A stretch of DNA of 64,000 nucleotides from an uncultured Acidimicrobiaceae bacterium (lineage in GTDB: Bacteria; Actinomycetota; Acidimicrobiia; Acidimicrobiales; RAAP-2). The translations under genes were made by a program, and so were the position numbers. The notes under the pieces were generated by a model. The model worked only from the letters and a program-made list of their open reading frames with translations, was not told the origin of the DNA and searched no databases. The stretch spans positions 4,793 through 68,792 of the forward strand of contig CAITPI010000134.1 in the NCBI GenBank assembly GCA_903894295.1, written 5' to 3'. This document shows, piece by piece, positions 17,826 through 25,506 of this stretch; position 1 is the stretch's first letter; the number at the start of each line of letters is the position of its first letter.

Positions 17826-17898
17826 GCTCCCCCGCTGGACCAACTGAGCTCCCCCGCTGGACCAACTGAGCTCCCCCGCTGGACCAACCGAGCTCCCG
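17805..17898. repeat. 22-bp tandem direct repeat, about 4.3 copies (CTCCCCCGCTGGACCAACTGAG)
   Basis: Copies lie at 17805-17826, 17827-17848, 17849-17870 and 17871-17892 (one T>C change), with a partial copy to 17898. The first copy holds the mftF stop codon (17823-17825). Confidence 0.9.
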
Positions 17899-17954
17899 GA
17901 ACGGTCCACTTCGGGCGATTTGACTGCCCTGGGCCACCTGTGGTCTATACTCTT

Positions 17955-18197
17955 CCTTCAACCAATCCGGACGGAAGATTTTCCCACTTCCGGACCGAAG
18001 CGACCGAAAAGCGAGGCCTGCTCACCACCGACAACCTTCTGGGCATATCGAACCGATAACCGACTGCACACCCTACGGCGTAAAGCCAGGACGAACGAAG
18101 CCTTCCCGCTCGCCGTCCGGGGCCCGAATGCAAAAGTCGGAGCCCGCCGACACCAATCAGAGGAAGGCGCTTCAAGCGCCCTACGAAGGGAGGTGCT
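17955..18197 (+). promoter_or_regulatory. long 5' leader of rpf; candidate ydaO/c-di-AMP-type riboswitch
   Basis: There is about 300 nt without an ORF and with lower GC upstream of the rpf gene. AAUCCGGACGGAAG (17964..) and GGGCAUAUCGAACCGAUAACCGACUGCACACCCUACGG (to about 18078) resemble, from memory, the conserved AAUCC/ACGGxGGA and GGGAUACC...CCCGACAGCUAAC-CUCG blocks of ydaO RNAs. Downstream hairpins, for example GGCGC-uucaa-GCGCC at about 18166-18180, lie next to the SD GGGAGG. No covariance search was possible. Confidence 0.35.
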
Positions 18198-18881
18198 ATG
18201 CGGACCCGCATTGCACTCGCGGCGATCGTTCCGGTCGCTCTCAGTTCCATTACCCTGTTGTCTCCCGTTGCCGCTTCCACGCTGGCATCGGGACCGAGCA
18301 CACAGCCCCACCGGTCATCGTCGTTCAATGGCCTGAATCCCGGATTTGCCTACGAAGGCTGGTCGCCCCACATGGTGGGACTCGTCCAGGACTTCGTCAG
18401 TGGCCGCAAGGCTGCCTCGCTGACGGCATATTCACCGACACCGAAGGCCCGACCCGTGGCGCATCCCGCCAAGGCGAAGGTAGCCCCGGCCCATCCGGCC
18501 GTCGCTCCTTCGGTGGCGATCCAACCGGTGGTCGCCGTGACCCCGGCCGTCATCCATCCGGTGGCCGCAGCCCCCAAGGCCGCGGCCCCGGTCGCTGTCG
18601 CCACTCCGCCGACCACGGCCCCGACTGGGATCGTCGATACCGTGACGCCCACCCAACGGGCTGAGTGGAGTCGGGTCGCCATGTGCGAAGAGGGTGGCAA
18701 CTGGCACGTCAACGGTTCCCGCTTCAGCGGAGGACTCGGCATCTCCCGGGCCAACTGGGTCGCCTACGGCGGCCTGCAGTATGCCCCCTACGGTGCGGCG
18801 GCCACGCCGGACGAGCAGATCATGGTGGCCGAACGGATCCAGGCCAATCCGCCTGACCAGTACGGCTGCTCCTCCTGGTAA
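18198..18881 (+). CDS. rpf: resuscitation-promoting factor (Rpf) family secreted transglycosylase-like protein
   Basis: ORF 18198..18881. It has a signal peptide, an Ala/Pro-rich linker and the C-terminal Rpf domain, WSRVAMCEEGGNWHVNGSRFSGGLGISRANWVAYGG...DEQIMVAERIQ. Confidence 0.85.
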   Translation: MRTRIALAAIVPVALSSITLLSPVAASTLASGPSTQPHRSSSFNGLNPGFAYEGWSPHMVGLVQDFVSGRKAASLTAYSPTPKARPVAHPAKAKVAPAHPAVAPSVAIQPVVAVTPAVIHPVAAAPKAAAPVAVATPPTTAPTGIVDTVTPTQRAEWSRVAMCEEGGNWHVNGSRFSGGLGISRANWVAYGGLQYAPYGAAATPDEQIMVAERIQANPPDQYGCSSW

Positions 18882-18898
18882 GGAGCGTCTCTGCCAAC

Positions 18899-18936
18899 GC
18901 AAAACGCCCGGCCTTTCGGCCGGGCGTTTTGCTTTT
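18899..18936. terminator. bidirectional intrinsic terminator between convergent rpf and csp
   Basis: The sequence gcAAAACGCCCGGCC-tttc-GGCCGGGCGTTTTgctttt forms a 9-bp GC stem flanked by an A-tract and a T-tract. It can therefore terminate transcription from either strand. Confidence 0.8.
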
Positions 18937-18955
18937 GGTGGGCCGGAGCCCCGGT

Positions 18956-19159
18956 TCAGATCTTGCGAACCTGGCTGGCCTGCAGACCCTTCTGACCCTG
19001 CTTGGTCTCGAACTCCACCCGCTGGCCTTCGGCCAGATCGCGGAAGCCCTCCATCTGGATCTCCGACTGGTGGACGAAGAGATCGTCTCCGCCACCATCA
19101 GGAGTGATGAATCCGAAACCTTTTTCGGCGTTGAACCACTTCACTGCACCTACACCCAT
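18956..19159 (-). CDS. csp: cold-shock protein (CspA family)
   Basis: Internal ATG at 19159 of ORF 18956..19579. [34 protein letters not shown]... carries the RNP1 and RNP2 motifs. It is 67 aa, and a long upstream leader is plausible. Confidence 0.95.
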   Translation of the reverse strand: MGVGAVKWFNAEKGFGFITPDGGGDDLFVHQSEIQMEGFRDLAEGQRVEFETKQGQKGLQASQVRKI

Positions 19160-19364
19160 AACTGAGTCTCCTTGAAATTCACGCACGAAAAAGCAGGATC
19201 CAAAAGATGAAGCCCTACTGACACCAGCCCGCGTGATTGGGCCGGCAACAGTCCAGCCTAGGGGCAAACGGGCTTCTCTGCTTGGCGACGCCACTTTTGG
19301 ACAAAAACGGGGCTCCAGAAGTCCATGTCCGCCGGGGGTCCTCCCCCGTCCCCGGACCCGCTCG

Positions 19365-19595
19365 TCAGACTGGGCGGGGCTTGCGTTCGAGGACGATGGC
19401 CCGCCGGGGACACTCGGAGACGGCCTTGCGGGCCAGGGCAACCAGCTGCCCGGAGACGGGTTCGGGATCCACCATGGGATAGCCCCACTCGTCGAGGGTG
19501 ATCCGTTCCGGGAACATCTCGGCGCAGAACCCGAAGGCGTCACAGGCCACGGGATCGATGCGCAGGGCGTACTCTTCACGGCGCTGGGCGCTCAT
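19365..19595 (-). CDS. small ferredoxin (single-cluster type)
   Basis: ORF 19365..19595, 76 aa. [18 protein letters not shown]...CPRRAI fits small actinobacterial ferredoxins. Its start overlaps the upstream stop (ATGA). Confidence 0.65.
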   Translation of the reverse strand: MSAQRREEYALRIDPVACDAFGFCAEMFPERITLDEWGYPMVDPEPVSGQLVALARKAVSECPRRAIVLERKPRPV

Positions 19596-20821
19596 CGGGG
19601 CGTCCTCATGACCGACGGCGAGCGGTGGGCCGCGCAGGGTCGGCCGGCCCCATGTCGGGCCACATCGGCGGAGAAGACGTCGAGTCCCGTGCGGATCATC
19701 CGCACCACGCCGTCGGGATGACCACAGGCGCCCCGCCGTTCGACCTGCTCGAGGTGCCGGACCATCCGCCGGGACCAGGCGTTTCCGACCCGACCGGACC
19801 AGAGCTGGTCCAGGTCGTCAGCCAGGGCGGGAAGGCCGAACACGCAAGGTCCACACTGGCCTGCCCCCTGGCCGGCCATGTAGCGGGCAACCCTCGCCAT
19901 CTCGGCGATGCCACAGCTGTCAGGACCAAGGGCCACCACCATGCCGACGCCGTGGCTCACGCCCACCCCTCGCAGCGAAGCCGGAGCGTAGGGAACATCA
20001 AGGTGCTCCCGGCCCAGCCACCCACCGCCATAACCGCCGATGAGCATGCCCTCGACCCCGGTCGTGCCACCGGCCAACTCCAGCAGCGAGCGGATCGGGG
20101 TGCCCATCGGGGCCTCGATCACCCCGGGTGTCCTCACCGCACCGGCGATGGTGAACAACGAGGTTCCCGGCGACTCTGCGGTGCCGAGCGAGCGGAACCA
20201 GTTGGCGCCGTAGCGGGCCACCAGTGCCACCTGGGCCATCGTTTCGGCGTTCTGCACCAGCACCGACTGTCGGCCGATCCGAAGGGGCGTCGACTTGTCC
20301 ATGCGGAACATCGGCCGGGCATCTCCATCTTCGAGCCAGTGGACCAGCGAGGACTCCTCACCGGTGATGTAGCGGGCCGGAAGGCGTTCAAGGGTCGCCA
20401 TGGTCCTGGGCCGTTCGCCCAACGCCCGCTCCAGTGCCTCGAATGGTCCGTTCTGGTCCTCGGCCACGCAGATGCGGATCGACGATGCCCCCAGAACCCG
20501 GGCCGCCAGTTCGGCACCATCGAGCACCAGATGGGGGGAGAACGTCACGAGGACCCGGTCCTTCCCGCTCATCGGCTCGCCTTCCATGACGTTCACCACC
20601 ACCACGGCCCGGCCCTTGGCCTTGCGGACCGACTCCCACTTCCGCCACGTCGGGAATCCACCACCACCCCGGCCGGTGAGACCCGAGGCCTGCAACTCGC
20701 TCCAGAGATCGTCGTTCGTTCGTTCCGGCAACGGACCGTAGGTCTGGACGTGGGAGGCCAGACCGGGATCGCCGGCCACCAGCAGGCGGGGCTCAAAGGT
20801 CGTGGGACTCACCACCGTCAT
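19592..20821 (-). CDS. NuoF-like NAD(P)H-binding flavo-iron-sulfur protein
   Basis: This is the frame of ORF 19592..21529, but the start is at ATG 20821 (ATGA overlap). It has GLTGRGGGGFPTWRKW, MEGEPMSGKDR and a C-terminal GQCGPCVFG...GACGHPDG region. These are NuoF 51-kDa-type FMN/NADH and 4Fe-4S blocks. Confidence 0.75.
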   Translation of the reverse strand: MTVVSPTTFEPRLLVAGDPGLASHVQTYGPLPERTNDDLWSELQASGLTGRGGGGFPTWRKWESVRKAKGRAVVVVNVMEGEPMSGKDRVLVTFSPHLVLDGAELAARVLGASSIRICVAEDQNGPFEALERALGERPRTMATLERLPARYITGEESSLVHWLEDGDARPMFRMDKSTPLRIGRQSVLVQNAETMAQVALVARYGANWFRSLGTAESPGTSLFTIAGAVRTPGVIEAPMGTPIRSLLELAGGTTGVEGMLIGGYGGGWLGREHLDVPYAPASLRGVGVSHGVGMVVALGPDSCGIAEMARVARYMAGQGAGQCGPCVFGLPALADDLDQLWSGRVGNAWSRRMVRHLEQVERRGACGHPDGVVRMIRTGLDVFSADVARHGAGRPCAAHRSPSVMRTPR

Positions 20822-21456
20822 CGCCGACCGCTCAGCAACGAAGTTGAACCGGTGCTCCGGCCGGGAGCCGGAATGCCCCGCGGGGCGTGGGTCCGGGCTG
20901 CCACCCGGGCCGCCCGGTCGACCTGGCGAAGGTGGCTGACCCACCGCCAGAGGAAAGCGATTCCCACGGCCAGCACGCAGGCGACCACGAAGAGGTCCAT
21001 CCAGCCCTGGGCCACGTCGGTTCCGATGACGACGGAGTGGAGGACGGCGACCGGCCAACATCCGTAACTCAACCAGTGCACGGTCCGCCAGGCCCGGGCG
21101 CTCATGCGCTGACGGAAGGCACTCGACAGGGCCACAGCGAGCAGCATGTCGAACGCCACCGTGCCGATGCCGGTGGCCAGTGGTCGGTAGTGGGAAGTCA
21201 GGGGAACCACCACACCAAGCAGTCCGATATGGACATAGGTGTCCAACACGGCGGAGAGGATGTGGATCCCGAGGAACGCCATCGTGAAGATCGTCAGTCG
21301 CTTGTGGAGTTCGGCCGTGACGAAGGCCGGCGTGCGCCGCGTACTGGCCCGGGCCGTGGTCAGGAGACCGAGAACCACCACGAGGGACAGAAGCCCGAGC
21401 GAGACCACGCCGCTCGCCCGCATCACATACCAGATCATCTTTGACGAGGTGATCAT
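20818..21456 (-). CDS. ferric-reductase-like (MsrQ-like) transmembrane heme-b protein
   Basis: ORF 20818..21498, start taken at ATG 21456 (ATGA overlap). It has about 6 TM helices with conserved His residues in helices (FLGIHILSAV, VHWLSYG, VLHSVV), typical of the ferric reductase TM domain. Confidence 0.65.
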   Translation of the reverse strand: MITSSKMIWYVMRASGVVSLGLLSLVVVLGLLTTARASTRRTPAFVTAELHKRLTIFTMAFLGIHILSAVLDTYVHIGLLGVVVPLTSHYRPLATGIGTVAFDMLLAVALSSAFRQRMSARAWRTVHWLSYGCWPVAVLHSVVIGTDVAQGWMDLFVVACVLAVGIAFLWRWVSHLRQVDRAARVAARTHAPRGIPAPGRSTGSTSLLSGRR

Positions 21457-22394
21457 GCTGCCACCTCCTCCGCCACCACCGACGGGGAACCGGGCCAACT
21501 CCCCACGGTGACGACGGCACCGTCCGCACCCTGCAGCCGGGCGGCCACTCCGTGGCCGGCCAGGTGTCCGGGGGCGTCCGGCCCCCAGATGACCGCCGCC
21601 GTGCTCAGGGCATTGGCCACAAGGCAGGTGGGGGCGGCAACCGAAACCAGCGACCAGGTGGTCGCCGCCGGCCGGCCCGTGGCCGGATCAACGATGTGGT
21701 GGACGCGCTCTCCGCCGGTGTGCCAGACCCGGGTCGTCGTGCCCGAGGTGGCGACCGCTCCATGATCAAGTCCGATGACCTGGGCCACGTCCGCCTTCGG
21801 TGTCGAGCAGTGCATCCCGATCCCGATCGGCCAACCACCGACCGGAGCCGGGCCGGCCAGCGCGATGTCGCCACCCAGGTTGACCAGAACCCCACAGCCC
21901 AGCAACCGGAAGATCTCCGAGGCAGCCCGGTCGGCGGCGAACGCCTTGGCCGAGGCCCCGAGATCGACGTGAACCCCTTCGGGAATGGCAACCTGCCCCT
22001 CCCGGAGGCCGATCCGCCACCATCCCGGTGCGGGCACGGGTTCGATGGCCTCGTCGGCCGGCGAAAGGGTCTCGAAGTCGGCGTCGTAGCCGAGGGCGAC
22101 CAGCGAGCCACCGACGGTGGGATCGACCGTTCCTCCGGTCAATTCGGCGACCTCGACGGCCGCCCGCAACAACTCTCCGAGCAACGGAGATGCGGCCATC
22201 CACCGTCCGGCCGATCCCTGCTCGATCCGGGCGAGCTCCGAGTCATTTCGGAACCGGCTGCAGGTCCGGTCCAGTTCGTCGATCTGGAGGTGGAGAACCC
22301 GCTCCGCTTCGTCGGCGACGGCCGGGTCGGTGACAACCACAGAGACCGTTGTTCCAATGGCCCGAAAGGACCGATCTGCTGTCACCGAGGTCAT
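21453..22394 (-). CDS. apbE: FAD:protein FMN transferase (ApbE)
   Basis: ORF 21453..22394. FRAIGTTVSVVV, RFRNDSELARI, GGTVDPTVG, VDLGASAKAFAAD, LVNLGGDI and ATSGTTTR are ApbE-family blocks. No obvious signal peptide or lipobox is present. Confidence 0.8.
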   Translation of the reverse strand: MTSVTADRSFRAIGTTVSVVVTDPAVADEAERVLHLQIDELDRTCSRFRNDSELARIEQGSAGRWMAASPLLGELLRAAVEVAELTGGTVDPTVGGSLVALGYDADFETLSPADEAIEPVPAPGWWRIGLREGQVAIPEGVHVDLGASAKAFAADRAASEIFRLLGCGVLVNLGGDIALAGPAPVGGWPIGIGMHCSTPKADVAQVIGLDHGAVATSGTTTRVWHTGGERVHHIVDPATGRPAATTWSLVSVAAPTCLVANALSTAAVIWGPDAPGHLAGHGVAARLQGADGAVVTVGSWPGSPSVVAEEVAA

Positions 22395-22759
22395 GATTGA
22401 CCCGAGACACTCGAAGGCGACTGCGGGGACGGGGTCGGCGCGACGTAGGGGGAGGACGTCCCCGAGTTGTAGGACGGTGCGGTGCCCGAGTTGGCGGAGG
22501 GCGTGGCGCCCGAGTTGTACGACGGTGCGGTGCCCGAGTTGGCGGAAGGCGTGGCGCCCGAGTTGGACGTCGACTGCGTGGCCGGGTGGGTGGTGGCGCT
22601 GGAGGCTGCCTCACCGGCCATCATCACTCCGACGCCGACGAATCCCACCACAGAGGCCACTCCGACCACCTTGGTGGCCATCCCGATCGTTTCCATTGCA
22701 CGATCCCGGCGACCCAACTCGTGGTTCCTCCGGGATGAATCGTTTGCTCCTCGGCTCAT
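22391..22759 (-). CDS. small membrane-anchored Ser/Thr/Pro-rich repeat protein with tandem NSGAT motifs
   Basis: This is the frame of ORF 22391..23089, start taken at ATG 22759 (AGGAG lies about 10 nt upstream). It has a basic N-terminus, the TM helix VVGVASVVGFVGVGVMMAG, and then NSGATPSANSGTAPSY x2 followed by NSGTSSPY. Its stop overlaps the apbE start (ATGA). Confidence 0.5.
   Translation of the reverse strand: MSRGANDSSRRNHELGRRDRAMETIGMATKVVGVASVVGFVGVGVMMAGEAASSATTHPATQSTSNSGATPSANSGTAPSYNSGATPSANSGTAPSYNSGTSSPYVAPTPSPQSPSSVSGQS
22461..22572. repeat. 48-bp tandem duplication (24-bp sub-period) inside the small repeat-protein gene
   Basis: 22461-22508 and 22509-22556 differ at 2 positions, and a partial third unit follows. 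The duplication encodes the NSGATPSANSGTAPSY modules. Confidence 0.85.
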
Positions 22760-22902
22760 GGTGACCGCACTCCTGTCGTATCTGGTCGAACTGCCGCCGG
22801 TTCGTGGCGGTTGAGTCACCAATGATAAGGGGCGGGAAGGACCAAATTCCGCTGGATCCGCTAAGGATTTCCTAAGAAGACGGGCGCCGGGGAGTGGCCC
22901 GG

Positions 22903-24057
22903 TCAGACGATGGCCACCCGGAAGAAGGCCACGGACAGACCGACCGCCACCCAGGACGAGATGGCCACCAGCACGAGTTGGACCGGGATTGGCAACCGCC
23001 GAAGCAGCACAACGCAAGGCAACAGCAGGGCTTCGGACCGGTACCGACTGAGTTCGGGACCCTGCAGGAGAGGGACGATCCAGAAGCACACGGTGTAGAT
23101 GGCGACGATGATCGAGAGCCGGTCCCGCACCGTGTAGGCCACGCCCACCGCCAGAACCACAAGTACCAGCACCAGGACCTCCTGGGCCTGGGCGGCGTGC
23201 ACCTGGTAGCCCTTGTTGAGGCTCACATACTTGTCCGGACTCACGAAACCGATGAACGGGGCCAGGAACTCGGTGACCGGATTATGGATGCCGTTCCCGT
23301 ACTTGGCCTGATCAAGGAAGAAAGCCTGCCAGTTTCCCGCCCACCACCAAAAGCCGGCCAGGAGGGCCAGGAACCCCGCAAGGGCTACCCCGGCACTCTC
23401 CATCGTGTGTTTGGCCCGGTTCCAGATCGAACTGCCCCAGTCCGTCAACGGCGCCGCGGCCGCCAGCACCGGGATGAGAACGAACCCGGTGGCGTACGAC
23501 CAGGAAGCGGCGGCGGCGGCCAGACCGGCCAGCAGGTAGCGACGCCGGTCGAGCGCGAGGATCGCCAACAGGGCAAAAAGCACCACCATCGAGATGGGAA
23601 ACACTGCATAGAAGTAGACGAGGCCCGGAAATGACGCCGCGAGTGCCAACGCCGTCAGGTGGCCGATCCTCAGTTCGGGTCCGATCAGGGTCCAGGCGGT
23701 GAGCAGCACGAAGTAGGAGAGGATCGCCGACACGACAACACCCGCGGCAAAGATCGAAAGTCCGCAGCGATGGAGCAACTCCATGGTCCAGGGATACAAC
23801 GGCATCCATCCGGTCGTCCCGCACCAGCTGCCCGGAGGCCATGCCTCCTTGGCCGGGCAGCGGAAGAAGGTGTAGCCGTGTTCGGCGATCGAGGCGTAGA
23901 GCCCCGAGTCGTAGCGGGCCCACGTCCAGCCTGAGAACAGGTGGTTGGCGACCTGGGCCCGCCGGGCGCCGAGAACGAGCAGGGCATACGAGTAGAAGAG
24001 CGCCAGAAGCGGTGGCGCGAACCTGACCGGCCAGAAGATCTTCTGTCTTTCAACCAC
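22903..24057 (-). CDS. GT-C fold integral membrane glycosyl/mannosyltransferase (PIG-V-like)
   Basis: This is the lower part of ORF 22903..25101. It has about 9-10 TM helices. WARYDSGLYASIAEHGY and WMPLYPW resemble the WD..WY..IA..GY / FFPLYP signature of the PIG-V-type mannosyltransferase family. The start is uncertain; I chose GTG 24057. Confidence 0.55.
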   Translation of the reverse strand: MVERQKIFWPVRFAPPLLALFYSYALLVLGARRAQVANHLFSGWTWARYDSGLYASIAEHGYTFFRCPAKEAWPPGSWCGTTGWMPLYPWTMELLHRCGLSIFAAGVVVSAILSYFVLLTAWTLIGPELRIGHLTALALAASFPGLVYFYAVFPISMVVLFALLAILALDRRRYLLAGLAAAAASWSYATGFVLIPVLAAAAPLTDWGSSIWNRAKHTMESAGVALAGFLALLAGFWWWAGNWQAFFLDQAKYGNGIHNPVTEFLAPFIGFVSPDKYVSLNKGYQVHAAQAQEVLVLVLVVLAVGVAYTVRDRLSIIVAIYTVCFWIVPLLQGPELSRYRSEALLLPCVVLLRRLPIPVQLVLVAISSWVAVGLSVAFFRVAIV

Positions 24058-24171
24058 GGCCGACCCAACCTCTGCCAGCTCTGCTGCTGCCGGTTCCACG
24101 TCCCGCAAGGCCACGTCTTCCTCCACCACCCGACAAGTCTCCCAGACCGGGCTTCCGATAGCCTGTTCTCC

Positions 24172-25506
24172 GTGGACAACGAACCGATCAAACAGCAGCG
24201 GAACCTCGTCACCGAACTTCCGGGACCGAACTCCCGGGCCCTCGAAGCCAGGCGCTCGGCTGCCGTGGCCACCGGGGTCAGTTCGATGTTTCCGGTCTAC
24301 ATCGAGCGGGGCGAAGGGGCCATTCTGGTCGACGTCGACGGGAACTCCCTGATCGACCTCGGTTCGGGCATCGCCGTAGTCAGCGTCGGCCATGGGGCAC
24401 CCGAACTGGTCGAAGCCGTCTCGGAGCAGATCGCACGTTTTGCCCACACCTGCTTCATGGTGACGCCCTATGAGGGCTACGTGGCGGTGGCCGAGGCGTT
24501 GAACCGCCTGACGCCCGGCGATCACGAAAAGAGGAGTGCGCTCTTCAACTCGGGGGCCGAGGCCGTCGAGAACGCCGTGAAGATCGCCCGCCACGTCACC
24601 GGTCGGCAGGCCGTCGTGGTGTTCGACCACGCCTACCACGGGCGGACCAACCTGACGATGGCCCTGACGGCCAAAAATGCCCCCTACAAGGACCGGTTCG
24701 GACCGTTTGCCCCCGAGATCTACCGGGTCCCCATGTCCTATCCGTTCCGGGACACCGAAGGCATGACCGGCGCCGAGGCGGCCGCCCGGGCCATTGAGCA
24801 GATCGAGCGCCTGGTCGGCGCCCACCAGGTGGCCACCGTGCTGATCGAGCCCATCCAGGGAGAAGGCGGTTTTGTCGTTCCGGCCGACGGGTTCCTCCCC
24901 GCCATCGCCGAATGGTGCCGGAACAATGGCGTCCTCTTCACCGCCGACGAGATCCAGACCGGGTTCTGTCGCACCGGCGACTGGTTTGCCTGCAACCACG
25001 AAGGGGTTGTCCCGGACCTCATCACGACGGCCAAGGCCATGGCCGGTGGCATGCCACTGGCCGCCGTCACCGGTCGGGCCGAGATCATGGATCACGTCCA
25101 TGCCAGTGGACTTGGTGGGACCTACGGTGGCAATCCGTCGGCCTGCGCCGCCGCCCTCGCCTCCATCGCCATCATGGAGTCACAGGACCTGGCCGGCGCC
25201 GCCCGGAAGATCGGGGCCACCATCCAGGCGCGGCTCGGAGCCATCAACTCGCCGCGGCTCGGAGACCTCCGGGGTCGGGGCGCCATGATGGCAATCGAGA
25301 TCGTCGAGGCCGACGGCAGGTCGCCGGACGCCGCAGCCGCCAAGCGGATCGTGGGCGCCTGTCATCAGGCGGGTGTGGTCACCCTCTCGTGTGGCAGCTA
25401 CGGGAACGTCGTGCGCCTCCTGCCACCGCTGGTGATTGCCGAGGAGCTACTCGGGGAGGGTCTGGACGTCCTCGTGGGAGCGATCGAACAGGAACTCGCT
25501 TCCTGA
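24172..25506 (+). CDS. gabT: 4-aminobutyrate aminotransferase (class III PLP aminotransferase)
   Basis: This is the frame of ORF 23941..25506, with the start at GTG 24172 (VDNEPIKQQRNLVTELPGPNS). It has DGNSLIDLGSGIAVVSVGH, EPIQGEGGF, FTADEIQTGFCRTG, TTAKAMAGG and GGTYGGNP. Confidence 0.8.
   Translation: MDNEPIKQQRNLVTELPGPNSRALEARRSAAVATGVSSMFPVYIERGEGAILVDVDGNSLIDLGSGIAVVSVGHGAPELVEAVSEQIARFAHTCFMVTPYEGYVAVAEALNRLTPGDHEKRSALFNSGAEAVENAVKIARHVTGRQAVVVFDHAYHGRTNLTMALTAKNAPYKDRFGPFAPEIYRVPMSYPFRDTEGMTGAEAAARAIEQIERLVGAHQVATVLIEPIQGEGGFVVPADGFLPAIAEWCRNNGVLFTADEIQTGFCRTGDWFACNHEGVVPDLITTAKAMAGGMPLAAVTGRAEIMDHVHASGLGGTYGGNPSACAAALASIAIMESQDLAGAARKIGATIQARLGAINSPRLGDLRGRGAMMAIEIVEADGRSPDAAAAKRIVGACHQAGVVTLSCGSYGNVVRLLPPLVIAEELLGEGLDVLVGAIEQELAS

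Noticed and set aside
17805-17898. Possible CRISPR array
   Set aside because: The 22-bp units are directly adjacent with no spacers, and there are no cas genes in the window. It is a simple tandem repeat.
20822-21529. N-terminal 236 codons of ORF 19592..21529
   Set aside because: It overlaps the ferric-reductase-like membrane gene in a different frame. NuoF-type homology starts only after ATG 20821, which forms an ATGA overlap.
24058-25101. Upper part of 732-aa ORF 22903..25101
   Set aside because: It is antisense to gabT. Membrane-protein character begins only near 24057.
25447-25506. 60-nt convergent overlap between gabT and the hypothetical gene as a regulatory antisense feature
   Set aside because: The hypothetical gene is weakly supported, so the overlap may be a consequence of a spurious or mis-ended ORF.
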